Shown here piece by piece: positions 55,065-64,000 of a DNA stretch of 64,000 nt. The stretch spans positions 1,356,868 to 1,420,867 of the forward strand of contig OZ244029.1 of NCBI GenBank assembly GCA_965214945.1, read 5' to 3'. The position numbers and the translations under genes are program-made. Under the pieces are notes generated by a model, which worked only from the letters and a program-made list of their open reading frames with translations, had not been told where the DNA came from and made no database searches. Within the stretch, counting starts at the first letter, position 1. Each line of letters starts with the position of its first letter. Source of the stretch: Acidimicrobiales bacterium. GTDB lineage: Bacteria > Actinomycetota > Acidimicrobiia > Acidimicrobiales > Aldehydirespiratoraceae.

Positions 55065-56792
55065 GTGAGTCGCAGTCGTCGCATGTACCGCTTCGGGGAT
55101 ACAGTCCGCCGGGCGCGCAACCCGCGGCTGCTCGCCGCCTCCGCGGTGATCGGCTTCGTCGTGGCGTTGGTGGTCGCGGGCTTTGAGATCCTCGCGCTGG
55201 GCATGCTGTTGGAGCGGCTTCTGCGGCAGAACATCGTCGTGCTCGCCGCGGCACCGGTCGTCGGAATCGCCGCGGCGCGCGCTCTGTTGCTGTTGGGGGG
55301 TCGCGAAACCACCGGCTCGACGTCAGATGAGTACATCCGGGCTTTCCACGAGCGCCACCCACTCATTCCTATGCGACAACTGCCTGCCAAGCTGCTCGCC
55401 GGCGCTACGACCATCGGCTGCGGTGGCGCTATGGGCTTGGAGGGTCCCTCGGTGTATGCGGGATCGTCAATCGGGCTGTTCGCCCACAGGCGGCTGGGAC
55501 GCTTTTTCCGACGCGATGAGGCACAGGTGCTGCTCACCGCCGGAGCGGCGGCGGGGATCTCTGCGGTTTTCAAGGCGCCCGCGACCGGGGTGCTGTTTGC
55601 AATCGAGGCTCCCTACCACGATGACGTGACGCCTCAATCGCTGGTGTCATCGCTGATCGCTTCAGCAGCCAGCTACGCAACTTTCGTCGCCATCTTGGGC
55701 AGCGAGCCGGTGGTGCCCCTGTTCAGCGACGACCTCACAGGGTCCGTCAGCGGCGACAGCTCGCTCGGGAAGGTGCTACAGGTGCTGAATCTCGACGACC
55801 TGATGGGCGCCGTGGTGTTGGGTGTCGCCGCCGGCCTTGCGGGACGGGGCTGCGTGTGGCTTGTGCATCGCACAGCGCGAGCGGCTCGTTCAGACGCTCT
55901 GCTCAAGCGCCTGGCGATATCCGGCACCGCGCTTGCGGGCCTGGTGGTGCTCTCTGAGGAGTTCTTCGACGCACCGCTCAGCCTGGGGCCGGGCAGCGAA
56001 GCCATGGGATGGGTCATCCGACAAGACGAGCTGCGGCTGATAGCGCTGCTGTTCGCGGTGCGAGCCGTGGCCACGCTGGCCACGGTGTACGGAGGCGGCG
56101 TCGGCGGGCTGTTCATTCCGCTGTGCACGCTTGGAGTGGTGGTAGGGCAGTTCGTGGGCGTAGGCATCACCAACGACCAGACCGGGCTGTACCCGATTCT
56201 GGGCCTGGCGGCCCTCCTTGGGTCGAGCTACCGCACCCCGATCGCAGCGGTGATGTTCGTGGCCGAGTCGACCCGCGGAGGCGGCGCGTTCGTGGTGCCA
56301 GCCCTGATCGCCGCCGCCGTGAGCCAGGTGGTTTGCGGGCGCTCGTCAGTGGTGGAGCATCAGCAGGACCGGCGTCTAGGCCACTTGGAGAGCCGCCTGA
56401 TGCTGCCGCTCAGCTCGATTGTGAACGCAGACGTGTTCACGGTGCCGCCCGACGCAACCGTCTCAGAGTTCGTCTACGTGCATGTGCTGGGCCGGCGTGA
56501 GCGTGTTGTGCCGGTGGTGTCTGGGAGCGCGTATCTCGGAATGGCTAGGCTCGACGACCTATCGTCGGTGGACCGCGGCCATTGGGAGGACACGACGGTG
56601 GAATCGCTGATGGCCACCGACCTTCCGGTGGCGCGACCGTCATGGACCTTACGAGACGCAGTCGTAGCCATGGACAACGCCGACATCGACATGCTGGCGG
56701 TAGCGGACAACTCCGGCAAATTCATCGGCATCGTCACTGAAGACGACGCAATCAGGCTGGGAGAGATCCTCGACGAGACCGAGGGCGCCTAA
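55065..56792 (+). CDS. ClC-family chloride channel/antiporter with C-terminal CBS pair
   Basis: Selectivity motifs GLEGPSV and GGLFIPL, plus a C-terminal CBS-like region (VVPVVSGSAYLGMARLDDL, AVADNSGKFIGIVTEDD). Confidence 0.9.
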   Translation: MSRSRRMYRFGDTVRRARNPRLLAASAVIGFVVALVVAGFEILALGMLLERLLRQNIVVLAAAPVVGIAAARALLLLGGRETTGSTSDEYIRAFHERHPLIPMRQLPAKLLAGATTIGCGGAMGLEGPSVYAGSSIGLFAHRRLGRFFRRDEAQVLLTAGAAAGISAVFKAPATGVLFAIEAPYHDDVTPQSLVSSLIASAASYATFVAILGSEPVVPLFSDDLTGSVSGDSSLGKVLQVLNLDDLMGAVVLGVAAGLAGRGCVWLVHRTARAARSDALLKRLAISGTALAGLVVLSEEFFDAPLSLGPGSEAMGWVIRQDELRLIALLFAVRAVATLATVYGGGVGGLFIPLCTLGVVVGQFVGVGITNDQTGLYPILGLAALLGSSYRTPIAAVMFVAESTRGGGAFVVPALIAAAVSQVVCGRSSVVEHQQDRRLGHLESRLMLPLSSIVNADVFTVPPDATVSEFVYVHVLGRRERVVPVVSGSAYLGMARLDDLSSVDRGHWEDTTVESLMATDLPVARPSWTLRDAVVAMDNADIDMLAVADNSGKFIGIVTEDDAIRLGEILDETEGA

Positions 56793-56830
56793 GCAGGCGT
56801 CAGCGAGCGAGCAGCGACTGTGGCTTGCGG

Positions 56831-57028
56831 TCAGCCGTCGTCTTGACGGCCGGCGAGGTCATCGCTGTGCGCTGTGTTCGCGAATTCCTCGGCCCAGGCA
56901 GCGTGCTCCGGCTTCAGGTATTCCTCTTCAGGCTCGTTGAGGGATTCGATTAGCCCTTCAAGGTTGTCCTGGTAAGAGCGCTTGAACTTGCGGGCTTCCT
57001 CATACCTCCGGTGTCGCCCCTTCTTCAC
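56831..57028 (-). CDS. small hypothetical protein
   Basis: 65 aa with a basic N-terminus (KKGRHRRYEEARKFKR) and acidic C-terminus. Coding-like third positions. Confidence 0.45.
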   Translation of the reverse strand: MKKGRHRRYEEARKFKRSYQDNLEGLIESLNEPEEEYLKPEHAAWAEEFANTAHSDDLAGRQDDG

Positions 57029-57119
57029 GGCTCCAAAACTCCCGCTTCGACGGTTTCGCAGACATCCAGTGTACAGCGCTGCTGCGCCGCTGCGCCGCAG
57101 CTGCGACGGTTAGAGCAGA

Positions 57120-58298
57120 TCAACGCCGCCGATCAGTCGTTCTTACTGGCCGCCGGCTGCGTGCCTCGAGCGCCAGGCCGCCGCCGTCGAAAGCCAGCGC
57201 GGCCTCTCCGGAGGTGAGCTGGCGGATGGGCTCTCCCACCATCGCGGCGCGCCAGCCGCTAGCTAGCCGGGAGTCGGCGTCACCTCGAATGAGGGCTTCC
57301 ACATCGGCCCGCGTCGCCAGCAGCGAAGGTTCGAGTCCGCTGGCGCGTGCCACTTGGGTGACCCACGCCATAACTAAGCCCACAGCGGGTTTCAGGCTTC
57401 GCATTGCGCGTGAGGTCGGCTTGGGCTTGGGCGGTCGCCAATCAGACTTGAGCCCCTCAGAGACGGCGTCCAGAATCGACTTGCCGAGTCGGCCCTTGGC
57501 GACACCGTCGGCAACGCCGCGCACGCGGGCCAGCTCAGCGGGGTTGCGCGGCTTGGCCTCGGCGATTGAGACGATCGCCATGTCGGACATCACGTGGCGA
57601 ACCGGCCTGTCGAGCGCCGCGGCGCGTTGCTCACGCCACTTTGCCAGAGAGCGGGCTACCACCAGGGATCTGCCCCGCAAACGCCTTATGTTTTTGACCT
57701 TCGACCAGGCGTCCTCCGGCCGGCGCAAGCGCGCGGCTCGTCTGAGGAGCGTGTCAAACTCGTCGGAGGCCCATGCTGTGCGTTTCAGCTTGCGAAGCCG
57801 CGCGGCGAGCTGGTCGTGGATGCGCAGCAGCTGCGCGACGTCGTCTGCGGCGTATTCGAGCTGAGGCGCTTGCAGCGGACGCGCCAACCAGTCGGTGAGC
57901 CGGTGAGCCTTAGCGATGGTCACCCCCAGCTCGCGCTTGTGCAGCGCCGACAGCGACGGGACGCCGCCTCCGACGAACCCTGCGGCTATCTGTGTGTCGA
58001 AGATACGCCTAGGAAGGACTTCGCAGCAGCGCGCTAGAACTTCGAGATCTTGGCTTGCGGCGTGGGCCACGAGCAGGCGGTCACTGCCTATGACCGGCGC
58101 AAGTCGTGAGACGTCGGCGGCCAGCGGATCGATCAGCGCCAGACCGCCCGGCCACGCGATCTGGATGAGCGCGACCTTGGGCCAGTAGGTGCGCTCGCGG
58201 TGGAACTCGGTGTCGAGCGCGAACCTCGGTTCGCGCTCCAGCGCCGCCACAACGGCGTCGAGCCCCGTTCCGGTATCTACGTACTGAAAACGCGGCAC
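57120..58298 (-). CDS. rnd: ribonuclease D
   Basis: DEDD exonuclease motif FALDTEFHRERTYWPKVALIQIA, HAASQDLEVL, YAADDV, and a C-terminal HRDC-like region. Confidence 0.9.
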   Translation of the reverse strand: MPRFQYVDTGTGLDAVVAALEREPRFALDTEFHRERTYWPKVALIQIAWPGGLALIDPLAADVSRLAPVIGSDRLLVAHAASQDLEVLARCCEVLPRRIFDTQIAAGFVGGGVPSLSALHKRELGVTIAKAHRLTDWLARPLQAPQLEYAADDVAQLLRIHDQLAARLRKLKRTAWASDEFDTLLRRAARLRRPEDAWSKVKNIRRLRGRSLVVARSLAKWREQRAAALDRPVRHVMSDMAIVSIAEAKPRNPAELARVRGVADGVAKGRLGKSILDAVSEGLKSDWRPPKPKPTSRAMRSLKPAVGLVMAWVTQVARASGLEPSLLATRADVEALIRGDADSRLASGWRAAMVGEPIRQLTSGEAALAFDGGGLALEARSRRPVRTTDRRR

Positions 58299-58305
58299 GA
58301 GCCGG

Positions 58306-58668
58306 TCAGCCCGGCACGCTGCCAGCTTCCACCGGCTTGCCGGCCGCGACCCAGGCGTTCGTGCCTCCTGCGACGTTCACGGCGTCGATTCCGCGACTTC
58401 GCAGATATTGGACCGCCTGCGCGCTGCGTCCTCCAACAGCGCATACGACGTAGACCGGTCCGTCGACGCGCTGCGCGGCACGCCGGAAGCGATCTTCAGA
58501 ATCCACGACCACGCCCAGGGGGACCGGCACGACGCCTGGTATCCGCACTTCTTCGTGCTCCCACGGCTCGCGTACATCGAAGACAACCGCGCCCGCCTGC
58601 TGGAGGCTCTGCAGCTCGTCGACACCTATCTCGGGTACTTGGACGGCGTTGTCGTGTGCGTGGATCAT
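58306..58668 (-). CDS. single-domain rhodanese-like sulfurtransferase
   Basis: 120 aa from ATG 58668. Active-site loop CAVGGRS, with DVREPWEHEE upstream. Confidence 0.85.
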   Translation of the reverse strand: MIHAHDNAVQVPEIGVDELQSLQQAGAVVFDVREPWEHEEVRIPGVVPVPLGVVVDSEDRFRRAAQRVDGPVYVVCAVGGRSAQAVQYLRSRGIDAVNVAGGTNAWVAAGKPVEAGSVPG

Positions 58669-59297
58669 GTAGTGCTCGGGCCGGGCGGGGCTGCGGCTTC
58701 GGACGGACGTAACCGGCTGCGCGATGTTAGTGGGAGGTCTGCGGGTGTGTCCGCGTCGCGGAACCAGTCCGCGTTGCGAGTCTTGAACATGACCGAACTC
58801 AACGCCTCCACGGCCTCTGCGGGCGCCCGTGCACCTGCATCGAAGACGGCCTCGAGAGCGGGGCGGCTGCCTCCCCGCCAAACGGCGTGCAGCCACTGCG
58901 GGCGGCCGCCGGACACGGGCACCGCGACGTCGGAGTTCGCCGCCCGGCGCAGCCGGCAGAGCGCCTCTGTCACGGAGTCCGCGCAGGGCGCTGCCACATC
59001 ACAGGGCAGCGTGACGACGGCAGAGTCTGCCGCATCTGGAGCCAGGCTGTCCAGCGCCGCCAAGGCGGTGATGACACCGCCGAGCGGACCCTGCCCCGGG
59101 TAGCGGTCGGGAACCGTGCGCAAGCCCAGCGCCTCCAACGCCTCGGCGTCGCCTCCGACGGCGATCACGTCGGCTACTCCCGCCGACTTCAGAGCCGCTG
59201 CCGCGCGTAGCGCCATCGGCACGCCGTCGATTTTGATGAGCGCCTTATCGGTGCCCATACGCCGGCTCGCTCCACCAGCCATCACCGCGCCGAGCAC
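58665..59297 (-). CDS. mobA: MobA-like molybdenum cofactor guanylyltransferase (NTP_transf_3)
   Basis: AVMAGGASRRMGTDKAL, DRYPGQGPLGGV and LPCDV. GTG 59297 chosen because the longer ORF (to 59414) overlaps the DUF3151 gene. The stop overlaps the rhodanese ATG. Confidence 0.8.
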   Translation of the reverse strand: MLGAVMAGGASRRMGTDKALIKIDGVPMALRAAAALKSAGVADVIAVGGDAEALEALGLRTVPDRYPGQGPLGGVITALAALDSLAPDAADSAVVTLPCDVAAPCADSVTEALCRLRRAANSDVAVPVSGGRPQWLHAVWRGGSRPALEAVFDAGARAPAEAVEALSSVMFKTRNADWFRDADTPADLPLTSRSRLRPSEAAAPPGPSTT

Positions 59298-59368
59298 CGG
59301 GTGAAGCAAAGGCGTCGCATCCGCGGGCGGGTTGTTGCGCTCGGCGGGCGACGGGTCAGATGTCGCGG

Positions 59369-59818
59369 TCAGGGATCGAGCCCCGGCGGCGGCCAGCTCG
59401 GGTCTAGCTGGCAAAGAAACAGTTCACAGCGGCGCGCTTCTCCGGTCTCGCCGATCTCAGCGGCGACGGCGCCCAAGCCCCGCAGCGATCTAAGAAAGCC
59501 TCGGTTGGCGTGATGCTCCCAGCGTACGAATCCCGATCCGCGCCAGCCATTGGCGCGCAGCCTGTCAAGACCGCGGTGATACCCGGTTCGGAATGCCGCG
59601 TAGGCCAGAGCAGGCTCTGACCGGCCGGCGAGCGCGTCGCCGAGCCTCGCCCAAGCCTCCAGGCAGGCCGGCCAGCGCACGCACACCGCGGCCATCGCCG
59701 CCACGGCGTCGCCGGCCTCCGCGGCTTGCGCCAATGCGGCCTCGGCCTCTGCTGGCTCATCGTCCAGGACGGTGTCAGGCGGGCCTGCCGCTGTGAATGA
59801 GACGCCCATTTCGGTCAC
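59369..59818 (-). CDS. DUF3151-like protein
   Basis: 149 aa. CLEAWARLGD...AYAAFRTGYHRGLDRLRANGWRGSGFVRWEHHANRGFLR matches my recollection of the actinobacterial DUF3151 family. Confidence 0.7.
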   Translation of the reverse strand: MTEMGVSFTAAGPPDTVLDDEPAEAEAALAQAAEAGDAVAAMAAVCVRWPACLEAWARLGDALAGRSEPALAYAAFRTGYHRGLDRLRANGWRGSGFVRWEHHANRGFLRSLRGLGAVAAEIGETGEARRCELFLCQLDPSWPPPGLDP

Positions 59819-59847
59819 TGCGTCAAGACTACAGGTACCCTTGGCGT

Positions 59848-60123
59848 GTGATCGGCGATTGGGTCGACTCGGTCAGCGACGTCGACCTACTGCGCTGGGT
59901 GCTGCTCGCTGCGATCGTGCTGTTGGCAGCGATGGCGATCCTGGCTGTGCGGGTGGTGCGCGCTATTTTGGCGCGGATTGCGCTGGCGGTGCTGTTGGGC
60001 GCTGTCTGCGTGGCCCTGTGGGTGCAGCGCGCCGACCTTCAGGAATGCCTCAACACCTGTTCGTGCAGCCTTTTCGGGCAGTCACTGGAGATACCCGCGA
60101 ATCGAAACCCCAACTGCGACTGA
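59848..60123 (+). CDS. small hypothetical membrane protein with Cys-rich C-terminus
   Basis: Two TM helices (WVLLAAIVLLAAMAILAV, IALAVLLGAVCVALWV) followed by ECLNTCSCSLF...NCD. GTG 59848 chosen on codon composition, with the ORF open from 59797. Confidence 0.4.
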   Translation: MIGDWVDSVSDVDLLRWVLLAAIVLLAAMAILAVRVVRAILARIALAVLLGAVCVALWVQRADLQECLNTCSCSLFGQSLEIPANRNPNCD

Positions 60124-60167
60124 CCGGCCGCGGTCGGCGCGCTGCGGAAGCCTCGGATAAGCCGAGA

Positions 60168-61601
60168 TCAGGGCACCCGCTCGAGGCGCAGCACGTTGGA
60201 GCTGCGCGAGCGGTTGTCCGCCCCGGCCAGCACGGCCACCGTCTCACCAGAGCGGACGTAACCCCGTGTGCGGGCCACAGTCACGGCCTGGCGGACCATC
60301 TCGTCGTTGGAGCCCTTATTGCCCACCAGTACCGGCGTGGTGCCCCAGCTAAGCGTGAGCTGCTGGATTGTTCGCTCGTTGTGGGAGAGCCCGATGATGC
60401 GCGCCCGCGGCCGGAACCTCGCCATTGAGCGGACGGTGAACCCGGTGCCTGAGATGGCGAGGATCACGGAAATGCCCAGCTCGTCCATGGCTCGCCATGC
60501 GGCCATGGTCATGGCGTCGGTGATCGATGCTGCGCTGCGCGTGGTCTGGTCGGTCATGCGCAGCTTGGCGAGGCGCTTCGCCCAGAGCTCGAAGTCGAAC
60601 TCCTCGTCGGCTCTCCTCGCGATGCGGCTCATAGTGTGCACCACGCCGGCCGGATCGGCGCCCACGGCGGTCTCGCCCGACAGCATTAGCGCGGACGAGC
60701 CGTCGAACACGGCGTTGGCGACGTCGCTGGTCTCCGCGCGCGTCGGTCCTGGCCGGGTGATCATCGATTCGAGCATCTGCGTGGCGGTGATCACTGGTCG
60801 TCCACCGGCTATGCACTGCCGGATGATCTGCTTTTGCAGATGCGGCAGCTCCTCAATGGGGCATTCGCTGCCAAGATCCCCACGCGCGACCATGATCGCG
60901 CCGGCAGCCTCGATGATCCCTACGAGGTTCTCCACCGCAGCGCGCGTCTCGATCTTGGCGATGGTCAGAGGTCCCCGTGGGTGTTTCTCGGTGCCGACCC
61001 GGCGCATGTCGTGAGCCGATCTGACGAAAGAGATCGCTGCCATGTCGACGCCCAATTCGATGAAGGCGTCCAGCGACTTCAGATCGGTCGGGGTCGGGGT
61101 GGCAACCCGAAGCTTGTCGGACGAGATGTGAACACCGGGGTTGCCCGAGAGCGCTCCGCCGTGGGTGACGACGGCGGTCAGCCTGTCGCTGTCGGAGTCG
61201 GTGATAGTCAGTATCACGCGGCTGTCGCCCACATCGAGCATGTCGCCCGTGGAAACGTCGTCGACCAAGCCCTCGTAGTCGACTTCGATGACCGACGAGT
61301 CCGATCTGTCGTGGCCTACCGTCAGCTGAACGACCGAGCCGGTGTCCAGCTTGACAGGGGTCTCGCCGAAGGAGGCGGCTCGAACTTTGGGGCCGGGTAA
61401 GTCCACCATCACACCGACACGGGCGCCCTCGTCCGCCGCTGCGGTCCGGACACTGCGGTAGCGCTCGATGCCCTCGTCGAGGGTTCCGTGCGCGAGTCCG
61501 ATCCGGGCAACGTCCATTCCGGCGCGGATCATCTTGCGCAGAGTCGCCGCGTCCTCACTGGCAGGACCGACGGTCGCGACGATCTTCGTTCGACGCAGCA
61601 T
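60168..61601 (-). CDS. pyk: pyruvate kinase
   Basis: Canonical N-terminus MLRRTKIVATVGPAS, plus IAKIE, MVARGDLG and TQMLESM. The ORF upstream of ATG 61601 is a non-coding extension. Confidence 0.95.
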   Translation of the reverse strand: MLRRTKIVATVGPASEDAATLRKMIRAGMDVARIGLAHGTLDEGIERYRSVRTAAADEGARVGVMVDLPGPKVRAASFGETPVKLDTGSVVQLTVGHDRSDSSVIEVDYEGLVDDVSTGDMLDVGDSRVILTITDSDSDRLTAVVTHGGALSGNPGVHISSDKLRVATPTPTDLKSLDAFIELGVDMAAISFVRSAHDMRRVGTEKHPRGPLTIAKIETRAAVENLVGIIEAAGAIMVARGDLGSECPIEELPHLQKQIIRQCIAGGRPVITATQMLESMITRPGPTRAETSDVANAVFDGSSALMLSGETAVGADPAGVVHTMSRIARRADEEFDFELWAKRLAKLRMTDQTTRSAASITDAMTMAAWRAMDELGISVILAISGTGFTVRSMARFRPRARIIGLSHNERTIQQLTLSWGTTPVLVGNKGSNDEMVRQAVTVARTRGYVRSGETVAVLAGADNRSRSSNVLRLERVP

Positions 61602-62388
61602 GGCACTTAACGCTACCTTTGGCATTGTGGCTCGGCATCCGTTCCTTGAGGCTGACGGGCCAATCGCTTTCGCGCACCGGGGCGGTGCCGGCTCTTTCGG
61701 TGAAAACACGATGCGGGCATTCCACAACGCCGCGGCGTTGGGCTTCACGCACATCGAAACGGATGTGCAGGCGACCGCAGACGGCGTGGCGCTGGCGTTC
61801 CACGATGACACACTCGACCGGGCCACCGACGGTAAAGGCGAGATCAGCCGGCTGACCTGGCGCGAAGTGCGGTCCGCTCGGGTCGGCGGCATTGAACAGA
61901 TCGTCCGCCTCGACGAGCTCTTGGAAGAGCTGCCAGACATCCGATTGAACCTCGACCCAAAAAGCGACGCGGCCGTCGAGCCGCTGGTCTCAGCGGTGCG
62001 GCGGGCCGCGGCGATCGAGCGCGTCTGCGTGTGCTCGTTCTCTGATCGACGCACCCGGCGGGTGCGCGCCCAGCTGGGCGCTTCGCTGTGCACCGGTGCG
62101 GGCACCCTTGGCGTGGCCCGCCTGCTGGCGGCGTCATGGCACCTGCCCACCGGCCCGAGGCTGGATTTTCACGCCGCGCAGGTGCCGCTGCGCTCCAAGG
62201 GGCTGAGCATCCTCACACCGGGTTTCCTTGCCGCGGCGCGCAAACGCGCAATAGCGGTGCATGTGTGGACGATCGACGACGCCGACGAGATGCATCGCCT
62301 GCTGGATCTCGGTGTTGACGGGATCATGACCGACCGACCTGAGGTGTTGCGTCAGGTGATGATCAGCCGAGGCCACTGGCGTGCCTGA
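61600..62388 (+). CDS. glycerophosphodiester phosphodiesterase family protein (second copy)
   Basis: RHPFLEADGPIAFAHRGGAGSFGENTMRAFHNAAALGFTHIETDVQATADGVALAFHDD. The start is ATG 61600 or GTG 61627. Confidence 0.85.
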   Translation: MALNATFGIVARHPFLEADGPIAFAHRGGAGSFGENTMRAFHNAAALGFTHIETDVQATADGVALAFHDDTLDRATDGKGEISRLTWREVRSARVGGIEQIVRLDELLEELPDIRLNLDPKSDAAVEPLVSAVRRAAAIERVCVCSFSDRRTRRVRAQLGASLCTGAGTLGVARLLAASWHLPTGPRLDFHAAQVPLRSKGLSILTPGFLAAARKRAIAVHVWTIDDADEMHRLLDLGVDGIMTDRPEVLRQVMISRGHWRA

Positions 62389-63877
62389 GAGCCACCGCAG
62401 GTCCGTGGCCGGGCCGCGGCCGGTGGTGATCGGCGCGGGGCCCGCGGGCCTGACCGCCGCATACCAGCTCAGCAAGCATGGCGTTGTGGCCACAGTGCTC
62501 GAGGCAACGGAGCAGATCGGCGGGATCTCTCAGACCGCGGTACGCGACGGATGGCGCTTCGACATCGGCGGCCACCGGTTCTTCACCAAGGTGAGCGCCA
62601 TAAGCGACCTATGGCATGAGATCCTGGGCCCTGAAGACTTCCTGACGAGGCCGCGGGTGAGCCGCATCTACTACGAGGGCAAGTTCTACGACTATCCGCT
62701 CAACCCCTGGAACGCGCTATCCAACCTGGGGGCTGCGGAGTCGTTGCGCTGTATGGCGTCTTACGCGTGGGCCCGCGTGCGGCCCCCGTCGGATCAGAGC
62801 ACGTTCGAGGGCTACATGGCCGCCCAGTTCGGGTGGCGGCTGTACCGGAAGTTCTTCAAAACCTACACCGAGAAGGTTTGGGGAGTGAACGCCAACGAGA
62901 TCAGGGGCGACTGGGCGGCGCAGCGCATTAGGAACCTGAACTTGCTGCGCGCTGTTGCCGAGAGCCTGTTGCCCGGACGCCGCAAGACCAAGATCGCTAG
63001 TTTGATCGAGGAGTTCGAGTACCCGCGCCATGGCCCGGGGATGATGTGGGAGTGTTGCGCAAAGCTGGTGGAGGCGAGCGGTGCGTCAGTGCTGCGCTCC
63101 CACCGTGTGACCGGCGTGCACTGCGAAGGCGAACGGGCAGTGGAAGTCGTCGCGACGTTGCCGAGCGGCGTAACGGCGGAGTTCGCGTGCAGCGACGTGG
63201 TGTCGTCGATGCCGTTTCCGAGCTTGGTGCAGGCGATGACGCCCGCCGCTCCGCCGGAGGTGCTCGAAGCGGCCGCAGGGCTCACATACCGGGACTTCAT
63301 CACCGTCGCCCTGGTGGTGCCCGCAGCGGAGGCCTTTGCGGACACCTGGATCTACATCCACTCTGCGGAGGTGCGGGTGGGCCGAGTGCAGAACTTCGCG
63401 GCGTGGTCGCCGGAGATGGTCCCCGAAGAAGGATTCACATGCCTAGGCCTGGAGTACTTCGTCTTTGAGGACGACGACTTGTGGACCGCATCCGACGACG
63501 ACCTGGTGAAGCTGGCGATCTCAGAGCTGGAAACCCTCGAGCTTGTGAGCCGCGGCGCGGTTCGTCAAGGCTGGGTTGTGCGGATGCCGAAGGCCTACCC
63601 GATGTACGACCGCCAATACAAGCAGCGCGTCGACGTGATGCGCTCCTGGCTTCGCACTGCCGCTGTGAATGTGTGGCCGGTGGGCCGCAACGGCATGCAC
63701 CGCTACAACAATCAGGACCATTCGATGTTCACGGCGATGCTCGCCGTTGAGAACATCGTGCTAGACGCTGGGCACGACGTGTGGGCCGTGAACGTGGAAG
63801 CAGAATACCACGAGGAGCTTCATCCTACGTCGAAACCCGCGAAACACTCTACCGACAGGATTAGCCAAGATCACTGA
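62381..63877 (+). CDS. FAD/NAD(P)-binding oxidoreductase (amine-oxidase / UDP-galactopyranose-mutase-like)
   Basis: Dinucleotide fold VVIGAGPAGLTAAYQL...VLEATEQIGG, followed by DIGGHRFF. 498 aa. Confidence 0.82.
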   Translation: MPESHRRSVAGPRPVVIGAGPAGLTAAYQLSKHGVVATVLEATEQIGGISQTAVRDGWRFDIGGHRFFTKVSAISDLWHEILGPEDFLTRPRVSRIYYEGKFYDYPLNPWNALSNLGAAESLRCMASYAWARVRPPSDQSTFEGYMAAQFGWRLYRKFFKTYTEKVWGVNANEIRGDWAAQRIRNLNLLRAVAESLLPGRRKTKIASLIEEFEYPRHGPGMMWECCAKLVEASGASVLRSHRVTGVHCEGERAVEVVATLPSGVTAEFACSDVVSSMPFPSLVQAMTPAAPPEVLEAAAGLTYRDFITVALVVPAAEAFADTWIYIHSAEVRVGRVQNFAAWSPEMVPEEGFTCLGLEYFVFEDDDLWTASDDDLVKLAISELETLELVSRGAVRQGWVVRMPKAYPMYDRQYKQRVDVMRSWLRTAAVNVWPVGRNGMHRYNNQDHSMFTAMLAVENIVLDAGHDVWAVNVEAEYHEELHPTSKPAKHSTDRISQDH

Positions 63878-64000
63878 AGAGAGGAATGAGCATTGAGTCC
63901 GATGGACAGCGAACGTCTCTCCGCACGCGATAGACAACCAGAACACGACCAGAGCTTCCGCGACTCGGAACGAAACTTTGTGACAATCGCGCGTCAAGTC

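Noticed and set aside
57328-57338. tRNA T-loop-like GGTTCGAGTCC on the plus strand
   Set aside because: The flanking bases do not form a T-stem, acceptor stem or anticodon arm, and the site lies inside the well-supported RNase D coding sequence.
61602-62150. 183-codon N-terminal extension of the pyruvate kinase ORF (60168-62150)
   Set aside because: The extension is Ser/Arg-rich nonsense antisense to the GDPD gene. Pyruvate kinase homology begins exactly at MLRRTKIVATVGPAS (ATG 61601).
63878-64000. Drop in GC after the oxidoreductase stop, and a possible partial ORF from ATG 63902 (MDSERLSARDRQPEHDQSFRDSERNFVTIARQV...) running off the window
   Set aside because: This is only 33 codons, with no motif and atypical composition. 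It cannot be supported as a gene from this window alone.
1-64000. Window-wide search for rRNA, tRNA, transposase/integrase, toxin-antitoxin pairs, restriction-modification, CRISPR-cas or other defence-type gene clusters
   Set aside because: Every sizeable ORF with coding-like composition was assignable to a housekeeping family or is a small hypothetical. Nothing showed nuclease, helicase, methylase, integrase or Cas-type motifs. The window looks like core chromosome rather than an accessory island.

Overview
This is a high-GC (about two-thirds G+C by eye) actinobacterial-type chromosomal segment. It is densely coding on both strands and almost entirely housekeeping.

Left part: SDR epimerase, comF-like PRTase, hpf, secA, prfB (no frameshift), ftsE-ftsX, two acyl-CoA dehydrogenases flanking alanine dehydrogenase, tmRNA (ssrA, 12541-12931), Zn-ADH, crotonase, Nudix, GNAT, a DUF4193-like protein, a tandem-domain ThyX-like protein and an M20 amidohydrolase.

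Centre: tatC-tatA, GDPD, lepB and a complete Pup-proteasome locus on the minus strand (mpa, dop, pup, prcB, prcA, pafA, pafB, pafC). An aapJQMP-type amino-acid ABC importer splits this locus between mpa and dop. Next come a ferredoxin, an S1 protease, trmI, and a TtuA-like PP-loop tRNA thiolase. The thiolase is translationally coupled to a ThiS/TtuB-like beta-grasp protein whose Gly-Gly is followed by a 43-aa tail.

Right part: small membrane proteins, a Lon-N domain protein, PBP4, tkt-tal, cysD-cysNC-cysC, a ClC channel, RNase D, rhodanese-mobA, DUF3151, pyk, a second GDPD and an FAD oxidoreductase.

I saw no rRNA, tRNA, transposase/integrase, CRISPR-cas or obvious defence island.

The observations most worth a second look:
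- the precursor-type ubiquitin-fold sulfur carrier next to ttuA/trmI and close to the Pup system
- a degenerate APS-kinase domain in CysNC backed by a canonical stand-alone CysC
- the fused two-domain ThyX-like protein next to DUF4193
- an AT-rich island that replaces the 5' end of comF
- structured repeats and palindromes in the mpa-ferredoxin intergenic region

All product calls rest on motif recognition by eye. No database or HMM search was run, and start codons are best guesses.
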